The position numbers and the translations under genes are program-made. The notes under the pieces were generated by a model, which saw only the letters and a list, made by a program, of their open reading frames with translations, searched no databases and was not told the origin of the DNA. Shown in pieces: positions 19,588 to 28,237 of a stretch of 64,000 nucleotides of DNA (positions are counted from its first letter, which is position 1; every line of letters begins with the position of its first letter). Origin of the DNA: Pseudomonadota bacterium (GTDB lineage: Bacteria > Pseudomonadota > Alphaproteobacteria > RF32 > CAG-239); assembly GCA_918234285.1 (NCBI GenBank), contig CAKJXZ020000012.1:35050-99049 (forward strand), read 5' to 3'.

Positions 19588-20429
19588 CGACGGGGTTGGT
19601 TTTAGAAGGTGGAGCACATCGGGCGATTTATACCGCCGGTGTGCTTGATGTTTTAAACGAAAACGACATTATGTTTGATGGTGTTGTAGGCGTTTCCGCC
19701 GGCGCTATTCACGGTTGTGCTTTTGTTTCCAAACAAAAAGGTCGCAGTATCGGCTATACTTTAAAATATGCCGATAACTGGCGGTATATGAGTTTTTATT
19801 CGTGGCTTCTTACCGGTAATCTGGTGGGCGAGCAGTTTTGCTATCACGATTTGCCGGAAAAACTTTTTCCGTTTAATCATCAGACATTTGAGGCATCGCC
19901 GACCAAATTTTACGCCGTGTGCACCAATTTGGAAAGCGGACAAGCCGAATATCTATATTGCGACGAATTGCGCACCAAACTATCGTATATCAGAGCTTCC
20001 GCTTCAATGCCGCTGGTATCTAAAATCAGTTATATAGGCAACAAAAAATATCTGGACGGAGGTATTGCCGACAGCATACCGGTACGCGCTTTTCAACAGA
20101 TGGGATATGATCGTTGTGTGGTGGTGCAAACAAGAGCGGCCGGATATCGCAAAAAACCTAATAAATTGGCGTGGATCGCGAAAATATTGTATCGCAAATA
20201 CCCGAAATTTGTTGACGCCGTTAAAAATCGTCATATCATGTATAACAACGAGTTGGCGGATATTGAGCAAATGCAAAAAAGCGGCGAAGTGTTGGTTATT
20301 CGGCCGAGCAAGGAAATCAAAATCAGCCATACCGAGCGTAATAAATCGGTTTTGCAGGCAGTATATAATCTCGGACGCGAGGATGCATTACGGATGTTGC
20401 CGCAAATAAAGGAGTTTATTGCCAAATAA
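19584..20429 (+). CDS. Patatin-like phospholipase family protein
   Basis: LVLEGGAHR, GVSAG nucleophile elbow, YLDGG; ATGA overlap with the upstream gene. Confidence 0.92.
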   Translation: MTTGLVLEGGAHRAIYTAGVLDVLNENDIMFDGVVGVSAGAIHGCAFVSKQKGRSIGYTLKYADNWRYMSFYSWLLTGNLVGEQFCYHDLPEKLFPFNHQTFEASPTKFYAVCTNLESGQAEYLYCDELRTKLSYIRASASMPLVSKISYIGNKKYLDGGIADSIPVRAFQQMGYDRCVVVQTRAAGYRKKPNKLAWIAKILYRKYPKFVDAVKNRHIMYNNELADIEQMQKSGEVLVIRPSKEIKISHTERNKSVLQAVYNLGREDALRMLPQIKEFIAK

Positions 20430-20465
20430 ACATCGGCCAGAACCTAACCGGAAGGACTAAGAATT

Positions 20466-22247
20466 GTGAAAATTAAACCGTTCCCGCAAACAGCTTTCAA
20501 ATATTTGCTACATGAATGTATAATACCGTTCAAGTGGGCATTTTTGATGTGTTTGTTGCTGGTGTTTGCCGAAACCGGTGTTCACAATCTGGTTACTTGG
20601 TTGGTCGCTCGCTTGGTGGACAGTATTAAATCGGGGGTATCGCCGGAAGCTTTGCACCGCGCGTTATGGATTATCGGGGCGCTGGTGGTAGGCGACATCA
20701 TCAATATCTTTTTACCGAAACAGGTTTTGATGTATCGGCAAAAGCATCTTTATTTTCCGGTACAGGAGAGTATTTACGGCCGTGCATTGTCCTATATTTT
20801 TGCCCATTCGGTAAATTATATCGTCAACAAGCAGACCGGCACCTTGCTCGCCAAAACCAATCAGATTACAAGCTTGCCACCCTTATTTTCGGTTATCATT
20901 ACGCAATTTTGGTGGTTAATCAGCGATATTAGCTTAAAAATAATCTTATTGACTGCTATCAATGTATGGCTTGGTATTTTATTTGTATCCTGTTCCGGAA
21001 TTGTCGCTATCGTAAACTACTATGCCAATAAACCGAGCGACCGACTTAATAATATGCAAAGCAAGGCAGAATCTTTGTATTCCGGCTGGTTGGTTGATAC
21101 TATTGCTAATATTCGCTTGGTTAAGCAATTCAATCGTTTAGACTATGAAAAAAAGCGATTGGCAACACTTTTACAGCAATATATCTCGATTAAAGTCAAA
21201 AATATGTTTGTCTGGTTTTCTTCCTATACCGGCGTTGGTTGCTTTATACATTTTTGCTCGGTTACGATGCTGACGTTTGCCGTATATTTATGGAGTAAAT
21301 CCTTAATCAATATCGGTGATATTGTTTTTGTTTTATTAACCATAAACAGTGGTTTTATGTGGCTGATGGAGTTATGTATTGATTATCGCCGCTTTATGAA
21401 TAATCTGGCGCATATTCAAGCCGGATTAGAGCCGTTTAACGATAGACACGAAATTGAAGATGCACCGGATGCCAAAGAGCTGAAAATTAAAAAAGGCAAA
21501 ATCGAATTTAAAAATGTCGGCTTTGCTTATCCTGAGCAAAAAAGAATTTTTGACGGCTTTAATTTAGAGATTAAAAGCGGTGAAAAAGTCGGTATCGTCG
21601 GCTTATCCGGCAATGGTAAAACCACACTGATTAATCTGTTGCAACGCGCATACGATATAGAGGAGGGGCAAATTCTGATTGACGGGCAGGATATTAAAAC
21701 CGTTACGCAATCAAGTCTGCACCAAAATTTGGCGATTATTCCGCAAGAAACCGTGCTGTTCCACCGTAGCCTTAAAGATAATATCGGGTACGGGGTTAAA
21801 ACCACTGATAAAAAAATCCGACAGGCCGCAAAAGTTGCTTGTGCCGATGAATTCATTAAGGCACTGCCCGACGGATACGATTCAATGGTCGGCGACAGGG
21901 GTTGCAAACTCTCCGGCGGAGAACGGCAACGCATTGCCATTGCCCGTGCGGTTTTGAGAAACAGCCCGATATTGATTTTAGATGAAGCTACCTCATCGCT
22001 TGACAGCGAGGCTGAAAGTATTGTTGCCGAGGCCATCAATAACTTACTCGGCAAACAAACGGTTATTGCGATTGCGCACCGCCTCTCTACCTTACGTAAA
22101 ATGGATAGGATTATTTATTTAGAGCAAGGTAAAGTGACGGAAGTCGGCACTTTTACGGAGTTGGCAAAAAAGAAAAACGGCAAATTTGCCAAGCTGTGGA
22201 AAATGCAACAGTTGGCGCAAAAGGAGGCGAGCGATGAAGTTATTTGA
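20466..22247 (+). CDS. ABC exporter half-transporter (TMD+NBD)
   Basis: Multi-TM domain; Walker A GLSGNGKTT, LSGGERQR, ILILDEATS, IAHRLS. Confidence 0.93.
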   Translation: MKIKPFPQTAFKYLLHECIIPFKWAFLMCLLLVFAETGVHNLVTWLVARLVDSIKSGVSPEALHRALWIIGALVVGDIINIFLPKQVLMYRQKHLYFPVQESIYGRALSYIFAHSVNYIVNKQTGTLLAKTNQITSLPPLFSVIITQFWWLISDISLKIILLTAINVWLGILFVSCSGIVAIVNYYANKPSDRLNNMQSKAESLYSGWLVDTIANIRLVKQFNRLDYEKKRLATLLQQYISIKVKNMFVWFSSYTGVGCFIHFCSVTMLTFAVYLWSKSLINIGDIVFVLLTINSGFMWLMELCIDYRRFMNNLAHIQAGLEPFNDRHEIEDAPDAKELKIKKGKIEFKNVGFAYPEQKRIFDGFNLEIKSGEKVGIVGLSGNGKTTLINLLQRAYDIEEGQILIDGQDIKTVTQSSLHQNLAIIPQETVLFHRSLKDNIGYGVKTTDKKIRQAAKVACADEFIKALPDGYDSMVGDRGCKLSGGERQRIAIARAVLRNSPILILDEATSSLDSEAESIVAEAINNLLGKQTVIAIAHRLSTLRKMDRIIYLEQGKVTEVGTFTELAKKKNGKFAKLWKMQQLAQKEASDEVI

Positions 22248-24021
22248 AAATATACCGAATATGCGTAAAGTGCCGTCAAATCCGCTGTTGTTTATGTGGG
22301 AGGCGATATACGGTGCGCGCAAGTGGGCGTTTATCGGCATGGCTTTAGCCTTCGGGCTGCAGTTGATGAAAATTTATGTGCCGGTATATTTTTCGCGGAT
22401 GATTGATTATTTTACCAAAATAACGCCGGAAGAATTTGCTTGGGAAAAAATGTGGTGGTTCTTGGCGGCCATTTTGGCTTCATACATTGGGCAATCGGTA
22501 TTCAGAATGATTCGTGAGTTATTGGAAGAAAACAATGTGCGGATTTTCATGGATGCTAAAATTAAACTGTTTGCGGTGGATTACTTGGCCAAACATTCGG
22601 AAAATTACTTTTCTTCACAAAAAACCGGACAATTATCGCAGAAAGTAACGACTTGCGCTGAGAAGGTTACAACGGTACATGGTCAAATCTCGCGTCTTTA
22701 CAGCAATATTTTCAACGTTTTGATTAACTTTTTCTATATTGGTTGTGTCAGCTTATGGATTTTGCTCTTGGTGGTTATTTTTGGCTCAATATCTGCTTTT
22801 GCTTCGTATAAATCGAGCATTAAATTACGTGCTTTGAGTAAAGATAATGATAATATATTTGATGATTTTAATGGTGTTTTAGCCGATAGTATCGGTAATG
22901 CCTTGAATGTGAAGGCCGGCGGCAGTGAAGATTATGAGATTTCTTTTGTTAAGAGTGTTTTTGATAAATACAAAAATACAGCTTATGCAAGTCTTAGCAG
23001 ATTTCAAGACAGTCTTCGTTTTCAACGGCTAATGGTCTGTCTGTTTGGAATTTGCGCTTTGTTGTTGCTGATTTATCTGTGGTATCACGAAAAAGTGAGT
23101 ATCGGCGATGTAACCTTGGTGTTGATGTTGATGAGGATGGTTATGGATTGCTTGGTTGCAGTACTTGGGAATATTTGCAAGCTAAATACTTTTTTGGGGG
23201 CGTTACAGGCGGCAATGATGCCGTTTGTGGTCAAACATGAGATTATTGACGCACCACACGCCAAAGCGCTTAAAATCGGCGGTGGCGCGATTGAGCTTAA
23301 AAAAGTTAAATTCGGATACGACAACAAAAAGGTGTTCAATAACTTTTCGCTAAAAATCAAAGCCGGAGAAAAGGTCGGTATTGTCGGCGCGTCGGGCAGC
23401 GGCAAGAGCACCTTGATAAATTTGTTGCAACGCGCATACGATATAGAGGCCGGCGAAATTTTGATAGACGGGCAGAATGTAGCGAAGGTTAAGCAAAACA
23501 GCTTGCACGATGCCATCGCGCTTATTCCGCAAGATACGTCGCTGTTTCATCGCACCGTCAGTCAAAATATAGCTTACGGCAAGCTGAATGCCAAGCAAAG
23601 CGAAATTGAAAAGGCGGCGCAAAAGGCCTATGCCGACGAGTTTATCAAAGAACTGCCGAAAGGCTATCAAACCAAAGTAGGGGAAAAGGGGGTTAAACTT
23701 TCCGGCGGACAAAGGCAACGCGTGGCCATCGCCCGCGCGATTTTGAAAAACTCGCCGATATTGTTGTTGGACGAGGCTACTTCGGCGCTCGACAGCGAGG
23801 CGGAATTTTATATTCAAAAAGCGTTGGACGGGCTGATAAAAAACAAAACGGTTATTGCTGTGGCGCACCGCTTATCGACCCTCAAAAATATGGATAGAAT
23901 CGTGGTGCTGGAAAAAGGGCGTATTATTGAAGACGATACGCCGGAGAATTTGCTTAAATCAGCCGGTAAATTTGCCGAATTGTGGCAGATTCAGATGAAT
24001 GCCGAAGCAGGAAAGGACTGA
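22234..24021 (+). CDS. ABC exporter half-transporter (TMD+NBD), paralog and likely heterodimer partner
   Basis: GASGSGKST, LSGGQRQR, LLLDEATS, VAHRLS; AGGAGG RBS; overlaps the upstream gene. Confidence 0.93.
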   Translation: MKLFENIPNMRKVPSNPLLFMWEAIYGARKWAFIGMALAFGLQLMKIYVPVYFSRMIDYFTKITPEEFAWEKMWWFLAAILASYIGQSVFRMIRELLEENNVRIFMDAKIKLFAVDYLAKHSENYFSSQKTGQLSQKVTTCAEKVTTVHGQISRLYSNIFNVLINFFYIGCVSLWILLLVVIFGSISAFASYKSSIKLRALSKDNDNIFDDFNGVLADSIGNALNVKAGGSEDYEISFVKSVFDKYKNTAYASLSRFQDSLRFQRLMVCLFGICALLLLIYLWYHEKVSIGDVTLVLMLMRMVMDCLVAVLGNICKLNTFLGALQAAMMPFVVKHEIIDAPHAKALKIGGGAIELKKVKFGYDNKKVFNNFSLKIKAGEKVGIVGASGSGKSTLINLLQRAYDIEAGEILIDGQNVAKVKQNSLHDAIALIPQDTSLFHRTVSQNIAYGKLNAKQSEIEKAAQKAYADEFIKELPKGYQTKVGEKGVKLSGGQRQRVAIARAILKNSPILLLDEATSALDSEAEFYIQKALDGLIKNKTVIAVAHRLSTLKNMDRIVVLEKGRIIEDDTPENLLKSAGKFAELWQIQMNAEAGKD

Positions 24022-24025
24022 GAAA

Positions 24026-25030
24026 ATGGAAGTGATAACCCCGATATCGCCGCAAAAAGATTATATCGACAAGAAAATAGTGTTTTTGGCGGGGCCGATT
24101 AAGGGTGCGCCCGATTGGCAGGCTCAAGCCATTAAAGACTTGGCGGATTTAGATGTGTATGTCGCTAATCCGCGCCGTGAAAACGTAGTCAATTTTAACC
24201 TCGATTTGCAGGTTAATTGGGAAAGCAAGTTTTTGGCGCTCGCCGATGTGATTATGTTTTGGATTCCGCCGAAAGATACTGATGTTGCCGGTCGCGATTA
24301 TGCCCAAACCACGCGCTTTGAATTGGCAGAGTGGATGGCCAAAACTAATTATAATCAAACGCACAAGCAAGTAGTGGTCGGGATTGATGATGCCTTTTTC
24401 GGCAAAAGTTATATCGTTAAGCGGTTACAAGCGGAAAATGTACCGGTTTATTTCACTTATGCCGAAACCCTCAGTAAAGTTTGCTCGTTATTAAAAAGCG
24501 GCGGGCGGGTTTTCTTTACTTCCGATACGCATTTCGGCAGTGAGCGTACACGTCAATTTTCGCGCCGTCCGTTTGATTCCGTAAAAGAAATGGATGACGT
24601 ATTGGTTAAAAACTGGAATAACAAAGTGGCTTCCGATGACGTAGTATATCATTTGGGCGATTTCGGCGACTTGAATGTCCGTCCGTATTTGCACGGCAAG
24701 ATTCATTTTATTTTGGGCAATTACGAAACCGATGCCTTAAAGAAAAATCCGGCGTTGCGGACCGAATTGGAAAAATGTTTTGCCAGTGTTTTGCTGCACG
24801 ATACGCTGACTTTGAAAAACGGCGAACCGGTATATTTAACCCATAAGCCGAGCGAGTGCAAACGAGACATGTTCAACTTGTTCGGACATATCCACGGTTT
24901 GAGAAAAGTAAGCACAAACGGCTTAAATGTCGGCGTTGATGCCAATCATTTCCGGCCAATCAGTGAAGACGATGTGCTGTTTTTCAAAAATGCAATATTG
25001 AATCATTATGACCACGAGGTGTTTTTATAA
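24026..25030 (+). CDS. Fusion of a nucleoside 2-deoxyribosyltransferase-like domain and a calcineurin-like phosphoesterase
   Basis: N-half VFLAGPIKGAPDWQ..NPRR..QVNWE..ADVIMFW..TRFEL; C-half TSDTHFG, HLGDF, GNY, THKP, FGHIH, NVGVD. Confidence 0.8.
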   Translation: MEVITPISPQKDYIDKKIVFLAGPIKGAPDWQAQAIKDLADLDVYVANPRRENVVNFNLDLQVNWESKFLALADVIMFWIPPKDTDVAGRDYAQTTRFELAEWMAKTNYNQTHKQVVVGIDDAFFGKSYIVKRLQAENVPVYFTYAETLSKVCSLLKSGGRVFFTSDTHFGSERTRQFSRRPFDSVKEMDDVLVKNWNNKVASDDVVYHLGDFGDLNVRPYLHGKIHFILGNYETDALKKNPALRTELEKCFASVLLHDTLTLKNGEPVYLTHKPSECKRDMFNLFGHIHGLRKVSTNGLNVGVDANHFRPISEDDVLFFKNAILNHYDHEVFL

Positions 25031-25031
25031 A

Positions 25032-25835
25032 ATGAATAAGATTGCAAAATTGCTGAAATGGGGAGTTTTATTGGGTTCTATTCTGCTTTTTGAAGCGGTT
25101 ATTTACGAACCTTACAGCCTGAAGATAACTTCGTATGATTTGCAAAATCCGCAGCTTTCCGGCCTTAAAATCGTGTTTGCGGCGGATTTTCATATTGCAC
25201 CGTACGGTTGGGAAAAGCGGCGATTAAACAGGATTATCGACACCATAAACAAACAAAAAGCTGATTTGGTTATTTTGGGCGGAGATTACGTGAACCGGCA
25301 TAATAAAACGGGAACTATGCCACCGGAGTATATTGCCGCCGCCTTGCAACGGATTACCGCTCCAAAGGTGGCGGTGCTGGGCAATCATGATTCTTATTAC
25401 GGCAAAAAAGAAGTCAAGGGGGCTTTGGAAAATGCCGCAATTCCCGTATTGGATAACAGCAACCTCTCAATCAATCTGCAGGGCAGGGAAGTATATGTTG
25501 CCGGCGTGAGCGATTATGATACGGATAAGCCGGATATAGAAAAGGCTGTGCAAAATACCCAAACACCGCTGATTTTTGTTACCCATTCGCCCGATGTGTT
25601 CGTTAATCTCAAAGACGAGGCAGATATATCCTTTGCCGGACATACCCACGGCGGGCAGATTGTTTTGCCGTTTTGGGGCGCGTTGGTAGTCAACACCGAC
25701 AGCGGCAGAAAATACACTTACGGCTTGTTTATGGAATACGGCAAACCGCGGATAGTGTCTTCCGGTTTGGGTACCAGCATTTTGCCGGTGCGCTTCAATA
25801 ATCGTCCGGAGATTGTAGTGGTGGAATTTGAATAA
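25032..25835 (+). CDS. Metallophosphoesterase (YkuE/YaeI type)
   Basis: ADFH, GGDYV, GNHD, THSPD, GHTHGGQ. Confidence 0.9.
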   Translation: MNKIAKLLKWGVLLGSILLFEAVIYEPYSLKITSYDLQNPQLSGLKIVFAADFHIAPYGWEKRRLNRIIDTINKQKADLVILGGDYVNRHNKTGTMPPEYIAAALQRITAPKVAVLGNHDSYYGKKEVKGALENAAIPVLDNSNLSINLQGREVYVAGVSDYDTDKPDIEKAVQNTQTPLIFVTHSPDVFVNLKDEADISFAGHTHGGQIVLPFWGALVVNTDSGRKYTYGLFMEYGKPRIVSSGLGTSILPVRFNNRPEIVVVEFE

Positions 25836-25871
25836 AAAAAATCCCTCGCGGCGGTTAAGCGGCGGGGGATT
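25834..25871. repeat. Repeated hairpin/terminator AAAAAAATCCCTCGC..GTTAAGC.GCGGGGGATT (copies at ~26896-26933 and partial at 26703)
   Basis: Near-identical copies visible; A-run flanks the hairpin; located at gene ends. Confidence 0.75.
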
Positions 25872-25876
25872 GCTGT

Positions 25877-26314
25877 TCAATTTCCGGATTTTTTCTCATG
25901 TCTGTGCTCGGATAGCAACACATACGCAAAACCGAAGATGATTAAGATACCGAAAAATGTGATAAAGCTGTAATTTGTATGAAAGGTAGCTTCAATCTGT
26001 GCTTTATTCCATTCTCCCAACATAAAGTAGGTACGATTGCCTTCCAGACGGTAGGAGCAATTGTGAAGTTCGACCGCTGTAACCGGCATTCCCACAACCG
26101 GTTTGATTTTGGTATAGCCGAGTTTTCTTTCGCCGGTATAAACTTTTTTTACGGCATAACGGGTACTACCGATTTCCACATAATACACGCCTTCGTCTGC
26201 GGCGATTTGTCCGCTACCGATGATTTCCGGTTCAAGCGGTTCGCTGTCAAAACACGAGCACCCCACCAATGCCACCCCGAGTGCGGCAATCAACATAAAT
26301 ACGATTTTTTTCAT
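25877..26314 (-). CDS. Hypothetical lipoprotein with C-terminal TM
   Basis: MKK signal peptide with LVGC lipobox; C-terminal hydrophobic helix. Confidence 0.65.
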   Translation of the reverse strand: MKKIVFMLIAALGVALVGCSCFDSEPLEPEIIGSGQIAADEGVYYVEIGSTRYAVKKVYTGERKLGYTKIKPVVGMPVTAVELHNCSYRLEGNRTYFMLGEWNKAQIEATFHTNYSFITFFGILIIFGFAYVLLSEHRHEKKSGN

Positions 26315-26412
26315 AAGCAGAATAATATTTTGGTTATAATTATAAATTTGTTGCTTTTGTTTTAAATAAAAAATCTGTTTAAGTCAAGCATTATGCTTTG
26401 TATGGTTGCCAT

Positions 26413-26653
26413 AAAAAAATAGTCCCTAAGGTGCTCGACCAAAGGGACTATAACAGACATGAATATAGTTGACGCACAGAGTATCTCACGACAGTCTGAC
26501 AACAACCTGCGTATTAATGCTTCACAGCATCGCCACGCACATTAGTAACTCTTTAAAACTAAAAACTTATGAATGACTACTACAATCTCACATTAATGTC
26601 TCTCGACATTTTACTTATGTGGTAATAAATAAATACAGCATAATATAATTGAT
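26413..26653 (-). ncRNA. Candidate small RNA with three GNRA-capped hairpins
   Basis: Minus-strand promoter TTGATT-16nt-TATAAT (26687-26660); hairpins at 26589-26621, 26508-26539 and 26477-26498; terminator 26419-26451 plus U-run; no ORF found. Confidence 0.5.
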
Positions 26654-26740
26654 GGGCTCATTATAGATGCTTATTTGCAAAAATCAAGCTTTTTTTATAT
26701 ATAAAAAAATCCCTCGCTGCGTGCCGCGCAAAGAAATAAA

Positions 26741-26890
26741 GTCATCCCTCTCGCAGCGCTGTGCGTCTGCGAGTCAAGGGATCCGACCTTTGCGAAGCGC
26801 AATATTTTATATAAAGCGGAAGCAATGCCTGCGGCATTGAAAGACGATATCCTTGGACGCACGGACACACCGTGCCGTGCAAAGGATGAC
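26741..26890. mobile_element. MITE/REP-like palindromic element
   Basis: GC-rich, with terminal inverted ends GTCATCCCT...AAGGATGAC and direct repeat CGTGCCG(C/T)GCAAAG at 26720 and 26871. Confidence 0.5.
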
Positions 26891-26943
26891 AATAATAAAA
26901 AAATCCCTCGCAGCAGTTAAGCAGCGGGGGATTAGAAGTTTAA

Positions 26944-27345
26944 TCAGAACATGAGTTTTGCCAGCATCAGCAACAGCGACAGTCCGACAATTCCTTCGTA
27001 AATCGACGCCCAGAAGAACGGCGATATCAGAATTGCAGCAGCCGCAAAGACAGCCGCGGCGGTAAAGCCCGCATGATACAGCACCAACACCACTCCGGCC
27101 ATAATCATCCACTGATATTGCATCCAGAGTAGATGGACCATTCGGTGTAGACTGATGTTGTAAATCAACGTATTGACCGCACATACCAATATTCCGATGA
27201 AGAAATAATTGCTAACCGTTTCCCAATCGGTAAGGTAGTACAGCGCGCCCCACAGCAGGGCAATCACAACGTTGGTCCAACAGAAAATCCTCCGGAACTT
27301 TTTAAGTTGGTAGAGGCAGTAGTTCAGTATTGTTAACAGATTCAT
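26944..27345 (-). CDS. Hypothetical membrane protein
   Basis: Start MNLLTILNY overlaps (ATGA) the stop of the upstream gene; several TM segments. Confidence 0.6.
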   Translation of the reverse strand: MNLLTILNYCLYQLKKFRRIFCWTNVVIALLWGALYYLTDWETVSNYFFIGILVCAVNTLIYNISLHRMVHLLWMQYQWMIMAGVVLVLYHAGFTAAAVFAAAAILISPFFWASIYEGIVGLSLLLMLAKLMF

Positions 27346-27653
27346 ACTTTCTTGGGTTTGCGTTTGTAATTTTTCAAGAACAAAGGCAACAGCATCAGTG
27401 CACCTAACGGCATTAGCCACCATGGTTTCGCCGGTGCAAAAATCTGAGTGATGAAGATGAGGACGACGATCCAGAGCGTTTCTCCCGTAAACAAGAGAAC
27501 AAGATAGTTGTTTTTGAGCCTTGACCTTTCGGCGGCATTCGAGCACATCTGTACTTTTTTGTTCATGTACTTGCGATAAGTCAGGAACAAAATGACAGCC
27601 ACAAACAACCACGCCAAAACAATAATTGCGGGGTTTTCAAGTAATAACTTCAT
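27342..27653 (-). CDS. Hypothetical membrane protein (~3 TM)
   Basis: 103-aa hydrophobic ORF coupled to the downstream gene. Confidence 0.6.
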   Translation of the reverse strand: MKLLLENPAIIVLAWLFVAVILFLTYRKYMNKKVQMCSNAAERSRLKNNYLVLLFTGETLWIVVLIFITQIFAPAKPWWLMPLGALMLLPLFLKNYKRKPKKV

Positions 27654-27720
27654 AGGCAATAATATTTGTAATGATAGAAATTTGCTATAATGATAATCAA
27701 TGTAATGTCAAGTATATACA

Positions 27721-27752
27721 AAAAAACGACAAAGTCAATGACTTTGTCGTTT
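27721..27752 (-). terminator. Terminator after bcp
   Basis: Perfect palindrome AAACGACAAAGTCA-A-TGACTTTGTCGTTT with flanking A-run. Confidence 0.7.
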
Positions 27753-27771
27753 AAATCAGGCAAATGATTGT

Positions 27772-28215
27772 TTAAGCGTTTTGTAAAGCAGCCAGAACCT
27801 CGTCAACATGGCCGGCAACTTTAACTTTGCGCCATTCCTTGACGATTTTACCTTCGGCATTGATAATGAAGGTGGAACGTTCAATACCCATATATTTACG
27901 CCCGTACATCGATTTTTCTTTCCAAACGCCGTATTTTTCCGCCAGCTCGTGATTGACATCGGCCACCAACATAAAATTCAGATTTTGTTTTTGCTGAAAC
28001 TTTTGATGGCTGACAACACTGTCCGGACTGACACCGACAACTTCGGCATACGCCGTCAATCGGCTCATATTGTCGCGAAAATCACAAGCTTCTTTGGTAC
28101 ATCCGGAAGTATTGTCTTTCGGATAGAAATACAAAACCGCAGTTTTACCGTGGAGATTTTGTTCGTCAAACTCCGTCGGCTGTCCGTTTTTATCAATCGC
28201 TTGCAGAATCATCAT
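27772..28215 (-). CDS. bcp: Peroxiredoxin BCP/PrxQ
   Basis: VLYFYPKDNTSGCTKEACDFRD; GIERSTF. Confidence 0.93.
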   Translation of the reverse strand: MMILQAIDKNGQPTEFDEQNLHGKTAVLYFYPKDNTSGCTKEACDFRDNMSRLTAYAEVVGVSPDSVVSHQKFQQKQNLNFMLVADVNHELAEKYGVWKEKSMYGRKYMGIERSTFIINAEGKIVKEWRKVKVAGHVDEVLAALQNA

Positions 28216-28237
28216 TTTCTCCCGTCAGCCGTGCCGA

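Noticed and set aside
20466-24021. Type I secretion system for the toxins
   Set aside because: No HlyD or TolC partner and no C39 peptidase domain; the proteins look like generic heterodimeric exporters.
27346-27612. N-terminal extension of the 222-aa ORF 26944..27612
   Set aside because: It overlaps the more plausible 27342..27653 gene; the likely start is the ATGA-coupled ATG at 27345.
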